From: Syntrophorhabdaceae bacterium
GTDB taxonomy: Bacteria; Desulfobacterota; Syntrophorhabdia; Syntrophorhabdales; Syntrophorhabdaceae
DNA: 64,000 nt
NCBI GenBank assembly: GCA_963666485.2
Contig: CAXXUO010000009.1
Span: 96,001-160,000, forward strand
Direction: 5' to 3'
Positions 1 through 9,709 of the stretch are shown here, piece after piece. The notes under the pieces were generated by a model, which saw only the letters and a program-made list of their open reading frames with translations, had not been told where the DNA came from and did no database searches. Every line of letters starts with the position of its first letter. Position 1 is the stretch's first letter. Both the position numbers and the translations under genes were made by a program.

Positions 1-1
1 G

Positions 2-739
2 ATCCATATATTTCTTAAATATGGGTTGACCATTCAAGATAATGGAATACGCACGATAATCATTTGTCTTTTCTTTAACGAACTCATTAATCCGTTCGCT
101 AAATGAAAAAATCGTAGGATCAAAGGGTACGGGTGCAACCTCAGCGAGATAATCAGCTACTCTGCGATAGTCGAGCAGATGATTCCTAAAACTGGATACT
201 CCCATTAAAGTGATTTCAAAGTAACTGCCAGAAGGACGTTTATGATTGTACTGTTCGGTTTCAACAACTTGTTTGTACAAATCATCAAGCTTGCCGAATC
301 TTTTTGATCTATCTGTAAGAAGCTGCCTAAGCCTGAGACAGTCCCATGTCTGTACGGTTTCGATTATTTCCCCTTTAGCTTTTGTTCTAAAAACAGCTTT
401 TTCCGCAAAAGCCAGTCCCCCCAATCGTCCGATACCTCTAAAGCCTCTTTGTTTCAATCCGCCTTTGCTACTAATACCAATGCTGGAAAGGATATAGGGC
501 GCATTAGAGGAAGGGATTCCGGCGCCATTATCCTTTATTACGATGCTTTTGCTTGTAGGGTCTAGGTCTATATTAATTTGACCGCGAGCAGCATTAGACA
601 AAAGATCAATGGAATCGACCGCATTTTGTACATATTCACGGTACATTGATAATGGGTCAATATACATGCCTGCTGTCAAAGTTTCCAATAAGTATATTCC
701 AAGAAAAAAAGTCCCATTCCTTTGGGTGTTGTTCATCAT
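2..739 (-). CDS. GHKL (HATPase_c_3, MORC/Hsp90-like) ATPase, N-terminal part, open at window edge
   Basis: Not in ORF track; hand translation MMNNTQRNGTFFLGIYLLETLTAGMYIDPLSMYREYVQNAVDSID..IKDNGAGI..SIGISSKG..RGFRGIGRLGG gives GHKL motifs ExxxNxxD, DNGxG, GxxGxG; AAGGA RBS; starts 11 nt after radical SAM stop. Confidence 0.85.
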   Translation of the reverse strand, partial: MMNNTQRNGTFFLGIYLLETLTAGMYIDPLSMYREYVQNAVDSIDLLSNAARGQINIDLDPTSKSIVIKDNGAGIPSSNAPYILSSIGISSKGGLKQRGFRGIGRLGGLAFAEKAVFRTKAKGEIIETVQTWDCLRLRQLLTDRSKRFGKLDDLYKQVVETEQYNHKRPSGSYFEITLMGVSSFRNHLLDYRRVADYLAEVAPVPFDPTIFSFSERINEFVKEKTNDYRAYSIILNGQPIFKKYMD

Positions 740-750
740 CTTTGATCCTT

Positions 751-2157
751 TCATTCCAGGTCGAAAAGTGCTTCTATATCATGGCCGTTATCGTCAGGAG
801 CATAATAACTCAAGATTTTCTTAAGCTTACTATTCTTGGACTGCGCGATAAGTTGCCGAAGTCTTGCTTTAGTTTTTCCTTCGCAAAGAATATTAACTAA
901 TTCGTGTCTTTCACCAGAAGTGAGTCTTTTGTACTTGTTAATCCAATCCATTTCAGTTTGTTGTGGTTGTCTAGAGCGATGCATAAGTAGTTTTTCGGGC
1001 ATATGGAGAATCATCATAAATTCTTCTTCGTCTGCGCCAAAGGCTCTGAAGAAAAAATCTTCTGCGGCCATTACGGAACCCTTTACGACATTTAGAATTC
1101 GCTGAACGCTTCTGATAAATTGCCAGTTCCATTTTGGGCTAATGTACTTCCTATCCTTGGCCGTAATAGGGATATATTTCATAGGAAAAGAATAGATGTG
1201 TAAATTCAACTGTTTATTAAGATCGATTGTAATTTTTAATCTCTTCCATAAATCAACTGGGCTATCATTGTAATTATATAGGATGTAATTTGACAGTCTG
1301 TGTATACCACTTTTAGCGGCGAGCAGTACGCTTCTTCTGTAAATATTTTCAAGCCCAACTTGGTCGAACGCTATACGTAGGGGATTAATTGGGATTTTCG
1401 CGAACAGCTTCATTTGTTCTTCCGTGATGAGTCTAGCATCTATGCCTTGGTTAAAATCTACATATCTTGCCCGACCATTTAATTTTGCATCGGCTTGAAA
1501 TCCTAATTCATATATATCATTGATAATTTTCTCAAATTTCTTTGAGGCGAGGATATTGTTGTCAAAAAATATTAAATCTTTTTTTTCTCCGTAATATTTC
1601 TTAATTTCGTCTACGTATGCAGTTATTCCTTTGTAGTCTATAAATTCAGGCTCTAGTTTGGGAACCCCACAAAATCCGCATTTGTTTACGCATCCTCTTG
1701 TTAAGTATCCAAAATAACTATTCAGAATTGCATACTTATATTTTGTATCGTCAAAAAGGGAATAATCAGGAATCATGTTGTCAATAATATCATCATTGTC
1801 GGTATCGAGAATACCTGGTCGACTCAATACTCTTTCAATTGGCTTCACGCCGGTTTCTCTCCAGAGTTCATCTGCCATGAGGGTTGCCATTATTCCACCA
1901 ACGCGTAATCGGGTTAAATCACCACGCAATAATTTCTTATAATGCAGGATGGTTTTCGTAGTGATGGTCCATTCAAAGGTAAAAAGAGTCGATACATAGA
2001 TACGGTCCCAATATTCGTATTCGATTTCTGGTTGAATACCCTTGACAAATTTCACCTGGTCGCCTTGACGCTTATGATAGGTAGATATCTTCATAAGCCC
2101 CATAGGCGGAAACTTAGTTCTGTAATCTGGTTCAACCAGCAAAATATTTCTTTCCAT
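751..2157 (-). CDS. Radical SAM protein with N-terminal B12-binding-like domain
   Basis: CxxxCxxC (RGCVNKCGFC); N-terminal LLVEP..PPMGLMKIS and VGGIMATL; DNN and DFNQGIDAR. Confidence 0.85.
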   Translation of the reverse strand: MERNILLVEPDYRTKFPPMGLMKISTYHKRQGDQVKFVKGIQPEIEYEYWDRIYVSTLFTFEWTITTKTILHYKKLLRGDLTRLRVGGIMATLMADELWRETGVKPIERVLSRPGILDTDNDDIIDNMIPDYSLFDDTKYKYAILNSYFGYLTRGCVNKCGFCGVPKLEPEFIDYKGITAYVDEIKKYYGEKKDLIFFDNNILASKKFEKIINDIYELGFQADAKLNGRARYVDFNQGIDARLITEEQMKLFAKIPINPLRIAFDQVGLENIYRRSVLLAAKSGIHRLSNYILYNYNDSPVDLWKRLKITIDLNKQLNLHIYSFPMKYIPITAKDRKYISPKWNWQFIRSVQRILNVVKGSVMAAEDFFFRAFGADEEEFMMILHMPEKLLMHRSRQPQQTEMDWINKYKRLTSGERHELVNILCEGKTKARLRQLIAQSKNSKLKKILSYYAPDDNGHDIEALFDLE

Positions 2158-2624
2158 GGCTAAAATATAACATTAACTTATGTCAAAAACAATCCGCAAG
2201 AAAATCCTAATTTGCATCGGATACGTGATGCCTCATATTTTTGCAGCTGTTATCTATTTTAAGTTTATGAACCCAATTAACTAAAATCACCGTTGACTAA
2301 GACGTATTTCAGGCGCACAATTAGTTACGTTAGCCGCCATTAAGTCCTTATCCGTAATTCTGACTTACTACATAACAATTAATATTATTATATAGTTATG
2401 ATTGAAGTGGGTTTTAGTTTTCCCGTGCCGCCTGAAATCATCCTTGGTCGTCTGTCTCGGTAAAGGAACAACGTTAATCTTGGGACAAGAACGTTTTTTG
2501 ATGACTCCATTTATCCTGAAATCACTACTCTCCTTATAGTGTGTATAGAGCTGAATGCTCACCGTATAATTGTGACATTAATGTTATAGAAATCTTACAT
2601 TAATGAAATAAGTTCACTCGAGAC

Positions 2625-2660
2625 ATCCTGGTACCCCCATATTTCAGAGGGTACCAGGAT
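2625..2660 (-). terminator. Stem-loop after DUF932 gene (end of recombination operon)
   Basis: 12-bp perfect inverted repeat ATCCTGGTACCC/GGGTACCAGGAT 10 nt after the stop; no clear U-tract. Confidence 0.5.
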
Positions 2661-2670
2661 ACCAGAATCA

Positions 2671-3597
2671 TTACTTCACCATCTCCAGAATAGTTCCGCC
2701 TACCTTCTGGAGCTTATACCCACCATCCGCCGGCAGTCCCGGATACTGAGACGCTTTCGTGTAAACGTTGATCACATGGTACATCGTCTGGCCATATTCT
2801 TTCGGCAGCGCCCATTCGACCGCCTCTTTCTCTTCCTTCGTCAACTGGAACTGGTTGTTAAAACTGTTGATGGTCGCCTCCGGATGCTCCACCCTGCTCT
2901 CGATCGACAACCTGAACTGGTCTTTCTTGTTGGCGAGTTCTCTTGAGATATCCGAGAAGACTGCCGGAAGCTCATTCAGTATCTTTCCCGATACATGGCG
3001 GTAGGACGCGCTCACCTGCGTCTTCGATACCATCCCGTTCGTGCAGACAAGCCTCAGGACAAAAGCCCCTATCGATAACGCTGCAAGTCCCACTTCGGAA
3101 TTTGCCATCGATATACCAGGAGTCATTCTATCTCCATTTACCGTGAACGTCTCGCGGGTATCGGGAATATTAACCATCATAAACTGTTCGCTGACGGACG
3201 CTTGCACTCTGGCATCAGGGGCGTAACCCAAGGACTTCAGCTTGTCCAGCACCTCAAGGTTGTCGGTGGGAATGTATCTTGGCGTGAAAATAGCTCTGAC
3301 CTCGTCGCCACTGAAACGGAAGAACAGCTGTTCGTTGCGTTCGTGCTGCAGCCAGTAGTTGAGGTTCTCCCTCTGTATCTCCGCCGGACATTTCTTCAGG
3401 TAATAATAGGGTATCCCCAGCCGGTTTGCCATGGACATCTGCGCTATAGGCTTCAAGCTGCGGGGTGAATCCCCTATCAGGATTGTTTCTATTCCTTCGA
3501 ATCTCAGGTCCTTCACCTTGACGTAATCGTCATGATTGTTCACCGACATTGCGTGGATCCTTTCGAACACGTCGCCCAGTGTGGTCATGATGCTCAT
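2671..3597 (-). CDS. DUF932-family phage/plasmid protein
   Basis: GISMANSEVG..LRLVCTNGM motif; RAIFTPRY. Confidence 0.75.
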   Translation of the reverse strand: MSIMTTLGDVFERIHAMSVNNHDDYVKVKDLRFEGIETILIGDSPRSLKPIAQMSMANRLGIPYYYLKKCPAEIQRENLNYWLQHERNEQLFFRFSGDEVRAIFTPRYIPTDNLEVLDKLKSLGYAPDARVQASVSEQFMMVNIPDTRETFTVNGDRMTPGISMANSEVGLAALSIGAFVLRLVCTNGMVSKTQVSASYRHVSGKILNELPAVFSDISRELANKKDQFRLSIESRVEHPEATINSFNNQFQLTKEEKEAVEWALPKEYGQTMYHVINVYTKASQYPGLPADGGYKLQKVGGTILEMVK

Positions 3598-3622
3598 ATA
3601 GTCCTCTCCTTTATGATTGTTC

Positions 3623-3907
3623 TCATGCAGCTCTATTGCCGGTCAGTTCCGGTTTCTTGAGGAGCGTAATCGCCATACGGAGCCGGAACATCCGAGAGAC
3701 GACGGCGTCGACCTCTTGACTTGTCTTATCCTTTTCTACGAGCGCCTTGAGTTCCTTCTCCTGTTCCTTGTAAAGACCGCTTAAGAACTGGACTATTTCC
3801 TCTGGCGGGCGCCCCTTGAGGAGCCGCTTGATGTTGACGATCTTCCTCTCGCCTGACGGGTGCCTTACCACAAGGTACGCCTGCGCCTGCCTTTCCGTTT
3901 TTGTCAT
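3623..3907 (-). CDS. Hypothetical protein (helical)
   Basis: In operon, GGAGGA RBS overlapping end of ssb. Confidence 0.6.
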   Translation of the reverse strand: MTKTERQAQAYLVVRHPSGERKIVNIKRLLKGRPPEEIVQFLSGLYKEQEKELKALVEKDKTSQEVDAVVSRMFRLRMAITLLKKPELTGNRAA

Positions 3908-3910
3908 GGA

Positions 3911-4261
3911 TTAGTCCTCCTCGTGGACAAAATCTCCGTCGTGGGGGTTCTCGACCCCACTCTTCTGGAGCTTGATGAATTCGATCTGGTTGGCGATAAG
4001 CTTATAAGCGGTCCTTTTCTCGCCCTCAGGTGTCGTCCACTTCTCCTGGTCGAGAGAACCGGATACTCCCACCCTGTCCCCCTTTTGGAGGTACTGTTCC
4101 GCAAGATCAGCGAGCTTGTTGAAGGCGGTTACCTTGATCCAGCTCGTCCTGTCCTTGCCTGACCGGAATGCGAGATTGAAGCTCACGACGTGGGTTCCTT
4201 CCGGCGAGAAGAAGCTCTCCGGATTCTTTCCAAGGTTTCCCGATACTATCGTTATGTTCAT
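3911..4261 (-). CDS. ssb: Single-stranded DNA-binding protein
   Basis: SGNLGKNPE, WIKVTAFNKLA, LQKGDRVGVSGSL OB-fold pattern; acidic tail. Confidence 0.92.
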   Translation of the reverse strand: MNITIVSGNLGKNPESFFSPEGTHVVSFNLAFRSGKDRTSWIKVTAFNKLADLAEQYLQKGDRVGVSGSLDQEKWTTPEGEKRTAYKLIANQIEFIKLQKSGVENPHDGDFVHEED

Positions 4262-4315
4262 GATATTCTCCTTGTAAGTGATATATTGTCTGATCTATTG
4301 CGGATCTTTTAGGGG

Positions 4316-4861
4316 TTAAGCGGGCAACTCTGGTTCAACGGCGTTTTTGTTGGTAATGTGGTTGGTAGGTACTGAATCGTCCTCTTTCAAATAATCATCC
4401 GGTCTTCCAAGGTCGAATAGAACGATGGATACAGGGAGGGAAATAGTGGGGTAGAGATGCTCGATTTCCCTTTCAACAAGTTCCCGTGTGCTCCCGTAGG
4501 GACTCTTGTCGCTTCTATGTGCGTTGAGGATAATTATACCCATGTCTATTCTCCCCTTGTCGTAACCAACCTGCAGCCTTAATAAACCGTCTTGGATACA
4601 CTCGTACGATGACAGGTTGCCGTCTATGGCGATACCCCTTTTGAATCCCTTGTAATAGTACCTGCGTCCTTCGAGTATGTTCAGGTCCTCCCTGTGCCTC
4701 CAGTCCATCTCCTCAAGCGCCTGCCGAGTAAGACCTCCGCGATAAACCGATCCGTACAGTGCGTCGTTCAGGTATTCCATGGTGGACTGGACATGTTCAA
4801 CCATGTCCTTTGATATGAGGATAGTTTCCGCTCCCCTGAAATGCATAATTTCAAACGACAT
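4316..4861 (-). CDS. BglII/BstYI-like restriction-endonuclease-fold protein with altered catalytic motif
   Basis: Pattern W..FKRGIAID..Y..DGLLRL..GRIDMGIII..LPVSIV resembles BglII family; expected D-x-K..E-x-Q residues replaced. Confidence 0.5.
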   Translation of the reverse strand: MSFEIMHFRGAETILISKDMVEHVQSTMEYLNDALYGSVYRGGLTRQALEEMDWRHREDLNILEGRRYYYKGFKRGIAIDGNLSSYECIQDGLLRLQVGYDKGRIDMGIIILNAHRSDKSPYGSTRELVEREIEHLYPTISLPVSIVLFDLGRPDDYLKEDDSVPTNHITNKNAVEPELPA

Positions 4862-5300
4862 CTCTTGCCTCCTTTCCCGTAATTCTTGACACGTTCAGCA
4901 GGTGGTCCCTTATCCGGTACATGTCGCCTATTGCATGTCCCTCTTCGATCTTGGCAATCAATGCTTCGTACTGATTCCGGGTAAAGAACCCGTCCAGATA
5001 TAACCAGGAGCAGAAGAGCATCACATTGAGAAACGACGCCTCACCCATCCCCCATCTCCATACCTTGTACCCGTAGCGCATCTCGCCGAACTTCTCATTG
5101 CAGCCGAGATACCAGAGGTTGTGGTCTCCCGTGATGACATTCCCGTCGTCGTCGAAACAGTTGCCGGAATCCTCCATGAGGAAATCGTATATCTCCTCAC
5201 CCGTCGCCACCCCGTTCGTCATCTTGTCGCTGAAATTGTTTGTGTAAATCTTGCACCAGATACTGACCGGCGCCTTCTTTGCCGGATTGAATGCTATCAT
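4851..5300 (-). CDS. Hypothetical protein
   Basis: GGAGG RBS; overlaps downstream gene by 11 nt. Confidence 0.65.
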   Translation of the reverse strand: MIAFNPAKKAPVSIWCKIYTNNFSDKMTNGVATGEEIYDFLMEDSGNCFDDDGNVITGDHNLWYLGCNEKFGEMRYGYKVWRWGMGEASFLNVMLFCSWLYLDGFFTRNQYEALIAKIEEGHAIGDMYRIRDHLLNVSRITGKEARDVV

Positions 5301-5310
5301 TAATACCTCC

Positions 5311-7161
5311 TCATTCTTGGGTTCCTACCCCCATGATTTCATCGATGAATACTGATTTCTTGCAGGGTTGTCCCATGTATGTATGGGTATAACTGAGATA
5401 TAAGTGCTTCATCGCCCGCGATATACCCACGAAGACAATGCGCCTTTCTTCTTCTATATCTCCTTTCTTGGTGGGAGTGATACCCTCAACGAGTCCTATG
5501 ACAAATACGGCGGGAAACTCAAGCCCCTTCGCCTTATGAACGGTCATGAGGGAGATCCCTTCTTTGTCGTTCACCATTTCATCTTCGAATGTATCGGTAT
5601 ACTCCAGGAATTTCTCTATGCTCGTGTACCGTGTTGCAGCGAGTTGGAACTGGTTCAAGTTCAATATCTTGACGTCATCAGGGGACGGTATGTCCTCGTC
5701 GCTCACAAACCTGTCATAATCAAGACTTGTCCTTAAGATTCCAATGATCTCAGCCGGCTGCATATTCCCTTCATACTCCATAAGGGGATCCATGAATGAT
5801 ATAAATTCTTTGATGTTCTTCCGGACGTACGGGAGGTCTATCCCTATTTCCTTGAGTCCTCTGTAAAAGTGGACTCTTCTCTTGTTTGAGAATATCTCCA
5901 GTTCCTTGATAAATTTCCTGCTCACGTATCTGTTGGGGATATTCAGGATATCAAGGAGAGCTTCATCTGATTCGTCCGATTCCGGGTTATGAATAACCCT
6001 CAGGTAATTAAGAAGGTGCCTTACCTCAGGACGATTGTAGAAGTTCAATCCATTTTCTATATGGTAGGGTATCTTCAGCCGCGAAAATGTTTCCTCTATA
6101 ACCCGTGACTGAAAATTAGCCCTGTAAAGGACGGCTACATCTTTATAAGAATATCCCCTGTGTTCAACAAGTTCCGTTATCTCGTTGGCAAGGTTCAGTG
6201 CTTCTCCCTCTTCGGATGATGCTTCCAAGGTTATGACATCATCACCGTCAGGGTTATTCGTGGTCAATGTCTTGTCTATTTTCCTCAAGTTGTGCAGGAT
6301 AAGGTTCTGGCACCCTTTGAGAATCTGGGGGGTCGAGCGATAGTTGAGATCCAATATGAATATCTCAGACCCATTAAACATCTTTTCAAAATTGAGTATG
6401 TTCCCTACTGACGCTCCCGTGAAGGCGTAGATTGATTGCCAGTCATCACCGCAGACCCAGAAGCTCGATTCGCTGCCATTTCCGTTGATCAGGGTTTTCA
6501 GTATTTCAAGCTGAACTGGGTTCGTGTCCTGGTATTCGTCGACAAGTAGATGAAGGTAGCGGTCCGCGTATTTGCTTCTTATCTCGGGATTGTCATTGAG
6601 CAGGCGATACGACTCAATTAGAAGGTCGTCGAAGTCCATGAGGTACTTCTTGCCTTTCTCCCTGTCGTACTTCTCGTAGATGTCAGCGATCTTGAGCATC
6701 GTCTTGTCACCTTCATAGAGCGCCCTGAACTCCTCCACGTCAATGAGGTTGTTCTTGGCAAGACTTATTTCGCTCAAGACCATACCAACGGATATATCCT
6801 TGAGTCTCATGTGCTTCATAATGTTCCGAAGAAACACGATCCGATCTTTTCCCGTTAATATCTCAAAGATCTTACCTTCGGACCGTAAAAGGAAGTGGCA
6901 AAATGAATGGATTGTGGACAATGTAACCCTTGACGCCATATCCCCTAATACCGGCACCAGTCTTTGTCTCATCTCTTCAGCCGCATTTCGCGTGAAAGTG
7001 AGTCCCAGGATGTTCTCGGGTGCTACCTTATGTTGTTTCACAAGTATTCCTATCCTCTCCATCATGGTTCTTGTCTTGCCACTTCCTGGCACCGCTATGA
7101 CTGCGGCTATTCCGTTACGAAACTGCGCTGCCTTCTTCTGTTCCCTATTCAAACTCGACAA
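5311..7161 (-). CDS. UvrD/PcrA-family SF1 helicase
   Basis: AVPGSGKT, LTFTRNAA, LVDEYQD, GDDWQSIY, NYRST, TVHKAKGLEF, EERRIVFVGISRA. Confidence 0.95.
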   Translation of the reverse strand: MSSLNREQKKAAQFRNGIAAVIAVPGSGKTRTMMERIGILVKQHKVAPENILGLTFTRNAAEEMRQRLVPVLGDMASRVTLSTIHSFCHFLLRSEGKIFEILTGKDRIVFLRNIMKHMRLKDISVGMVLSEISLAKNNLIDVEEFRALYEGDKTMLKIADIYEKYDREKGKKYLMDFDDLLIESYRLLNDNPEIRSKYADRYLHLLVDEYQDTNPVQLEILKTLINGNGSESSFWVCGDDWQSIYAFTGASVGNILNFEKMFNGSEIFILDLNYRSTPQILKGCQNLILHNLRKIDKTLTTNNPDGDDVITLEASSEEGEALNLANEITELVEHRGYSYKDVAVLYRANFQSRVIEETFSRLKIPYHIENGLNFYNRPEVRHLLNYLRVIHNPESDESDEALLDILNIPNRYVSRKFIKELEIFSNKRRVHFYRGLKEIGIDLPYVRKNIKEFISFMDPLMEYEGNMQPAEIIGILRTSLDYDRFVSDEDIPSPDDVKILNLNQFQLAATRYTSIEKFLEYTDTFEDEMVNDKEGISLMTVHKAKGLEFPAVFVIGLVEGITPTKKGDIEEERRIVFVGISRAMKHLYLSYTHTYMGQPCKKSVFIDEIMGVGTQE

Positions 7162-7181
7162 TCTCTCTCACCTCCTTGTAG

Positions 7182-7997
7182 TCATGCTGCATTCTGAAGA
7201 AACCACTCATCACACGCGCTCTTAAAGGAGCAGCCCTTGCACTTCCAGTTGGACGGACTGTCGTTGGGAATGAATACCCCCTTGGAAATACCCGATGCCA
7301 CTTCAATGATCTTCCTCGTAGCGCGTATCTCGTCAATTTTAGACCTTGTTGTATAGTACTGCTCAAACTTAGGGGTTTTCGTCTTGATAAGACAGTCGAA
7401 CCTCAGGATGATCTCTCTGTCTTGATATCCCATTGCTTTAGCCGCCATTTGGTAGAGGGTCAGCTGGAAATTCCTATCCACCTCATCTCGGGAATAGGAC
7501 CTGCCGGATGTCTTGAAATCGGTGATGATAAGGGTTCCCGACGCGTCCTCTTCCATGAGGTCCATTGCGCCTATTATGGGAACGCTGCTTCCGTTGAGGG
7601 TAAAACTGAAGGGTTCTTCTATGGCAAGGATCTCAAATTCATTCTGAGGTCTCTTGTGGTAGTAGGCGGTGAGGAGTTCCTTCCCCTCAAGGAGCAACAC
7701 TTCAAAGGATTTCCCTTCCGCGTACTGGATGTCCTCCCTGTCCTTGGCTATTCCGACCCAATTCTTCTCAAATGACTCATGAATCTCCTTGATGGACAGG
7801 GTCAATCCCGCCATTTGATTTTGATAGATCTCCGCCAGTACGAGATGGATGACGCTTCCAAACTCAAGAGCATCCGGTTTCATCTCCGGTTTCAGTTTGT
7901 CTATCCTCCCGAACTTATACAGGAGTCCGCAATCTAGGTAATCTCCTATGGATGACGCGGACAGGTGCGGCAGCGCTCGTAGATCGTTTAACGACAT
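7182..7997 (-). CDS. PD-(D/E)xK nuclease (RecB/AddB/Cas4-like)
   Basis: LSASSI..C, FGSVIH, GAMDL..ITDFKT, QLTLY, C-terminal CxxC..C; start moved to MSLND after GGAGG. Confidence 0.88.
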   Translation of the reverse strand: MSLNDLRALPHLSASSIGDYLDCGLLYKFGRIDKLKPEMKPDALEFGSVIHLVLAEIYQNQMAGLTLSIKEIHESFEKNWVGIAKDREDIQYAEGKSFEVLLLEGKELLTAYYHKRPQNEFEILAIEEPFSFTLNGSSVPIIGAMDLMEEDASGTLIITDFKTSGRSYSRDEVDRNFQLTLYQMAAKAMGYQDREIILRFDCLIKTKTPKFEQYYTTRSKIDEIRATRKIIEVASGISKGVFIPNDSPSNWKCKGCSFKSACDEWFLQNAA

Positions 7998-8104
7998 TTG
8001 TTTGACCTCCTTACATGGTCTTATGTGCTTGTGTTGAGAGTGGACAGGATGCGTCAACCCCTTTTCACATCCTGTCCGGATGGGGGTGTATGACAGGGGG
8101 TTGA

Positions 8105-9133
8105 TTATGATGCCTGCTGCAGGATGCGGATAAAGGCGGATGCGTCTGACGCCGTGAGGTTCTCTACGGAAAGGTTATACGCCTTCATAGCCAGGTTCTC
8201 CAGGTCCTCCACAGACATGTTGCGTCTTCTGGAGAGGTTGTATATGGCGTTCTTCTGCGCTTCAGATATCATGGGGGAAGGTTTCTGAACGGATTTCCCA
8301 TTGCCATTTTTCTTATCAGGGTTTGCAGGGGTTTTCTCCAGAACGGGTGGTACTTCAACTGGAGTTGCTTGTTCGGATGTTTCCACCGGGATTGCTTCGA
8401 CTTTCTTGCCGTCCCCGTTCTCGGGTTTGACAGCAACCTTCTCCCTCTTGGGGAGTTTCCTTACGTTATCAGGTTTCAGGGCCACTCTTCTGCTATCATT
8501 GTCACCAATGATGTCGTTCAAATCCCCCAGTTCTTCTAATGCGGTCATCCCGATGTTGTCCATGTCACGGAACGCGCGCGCTTTTGCCCGTGTGCTTGCC
8601 ATGCGGATCAGGTGTTTGGCAACCTTGGCGTTGCAATTGTACGGATTCGCATCTCCGATATCGGCAAATCTTCTCCCATCAACTGTCTCGACCCTTGCCT
8701 TGCAGATCGCGGTGTTGCCGTTCTCGTTTGTCGGGTTCTGGATAAGCTCCACGTCGACCGTGCAGAGGTTCTTCTGGTGCGCAACATCGAGCAGTCCTGC
8801 ATAGAGCACGAAGTCCTTGTCATCGATCCTCTTGATGAACGTGTCTTCGAGTTTGGGTCTCCACCTCTCCAGGAACCGGACGTTCTGGGGGTCACCCTCA
8901 GTCACCGACGCCATCACCGCCATGACGTGCTTGCACCTGAAGGTCGTGTCGTTCTTGAACCCTCGGGAGAAGTCCCCACAGTTGCAGTAGTAATCGGTTT
9001 CGTTGTTGTAGCACACCTTGTAGCATATCTTCCCTTCTTCGGACTCCACGTAGAACCAGGGGGAGTCCTCCAAACGGAAGACCTTGAGGTTCTGTGAGCG
9101 TTCGCTTCTCTTGATCGCTTCCTTGTTCGTCAT
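8105..9133 (-). CDS. SWIM zinc finger + Rad52/Rad22-like single-strand annealing protein
   Basis: CNC..CKH SWIM motif; YAGLL..AICKARV..DIGDA..RMASTRAKARAFRD; C-terminal SEAQKNAI helical domain. Confidence 0.7.
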   Translation of the reverse strand: MTNKEAIKRSERSQNLKVFRLEDSPWFYVESEEGKICYKVCYNNETDYYCNCGDFSRGFKNDTTFRCKHVMAVMASVTEGDPQNVRFLERWRPKLEDTFIKRIDDKDFVLYAGLLDVAHQKNLCTVDVELIQNPTNENGNTAICKARVETVDGRRFADIGDANPYNCNAKVAKHLIRMASTRAKARAFRDMDNIGMTALEELGDLNDIIGDNDSRRVALKPDNVRKLPKREKVAVKPENGDGKKVEAIPVETSEQATPVEVPPVLEKTPANPDKKNGNGKSVQKPSPMISEAQKNAIYNLSRRRNMSVEDLENLAMKAYNLSVENLTASDASAFIRILQQAS

Positions 9134-9246
9134 TTCTTGCCTCCTTTTAAATCGTTTTTGTCCTTTTTCACGGATATGAAGATGTTTGCGATGATCTCTG
9201 CAACTTTAATGATGAGCTTCATGGTGGGTCCTGTTATCATAGGCAT
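9130..9246 (-). CDS. 38-aa amphipathic peptide, first gene of the recombination operon
   Basis: Not in ORF track; AGGAGGT RBS; MPMITGPTMKLIIKVAEIIANIFISVKKDKNDLKGGKK; stop overlaps next ATG (ATGA). Confidence 0.6.
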   Translation of the reverse strand: MPMITGPTMKLIIKVAEIIANIFISVKKDKNDLKGGKK

Positions 9247-9709
9247 ACCTCCTGAGATGAATTGGGGTTGGGAAAGACTGCGGCCGGTTTTGGAATGACG
9301 ATGATGGGCATATCGGAAGTTTTATATAAAATTAATATATGTGGTGAGGGTGGTTATTCCCTGATTGGACCCACTCAACGGAAGGTCATTTTTCACACCA
9401 AGGAAGTAATCTGCGTCTCGACGATATCGGAGAAGACCAGGACGATGTAATATGCGAATATGGTTTAAAAGATATCGTATACAAGCCAAGATGCATAAGA
9501 GAAGCTAGCGCCTCTATATTGCGTCTTGCTAGGAATTGAGTTCTTGTCTGTGAAAGTTCTTGGACGTGAACGATCTATTGCTGCTTGGATTACTTGGGAG
9601 TGAAGAAGGAATTGGTAAAGAGGCGAATGAGCGATATCTAGACTATAAGTGATTAAAATTATTTTGGAAGTAGGTTGATATTTTTGGTTTTGTATAATAA
9701 TTTGTAAAT

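Noticed and set aside
7182..7997. Cas4 indicating a CRISPR locus
   Set aside because: No array or other cas genes; context is recombination
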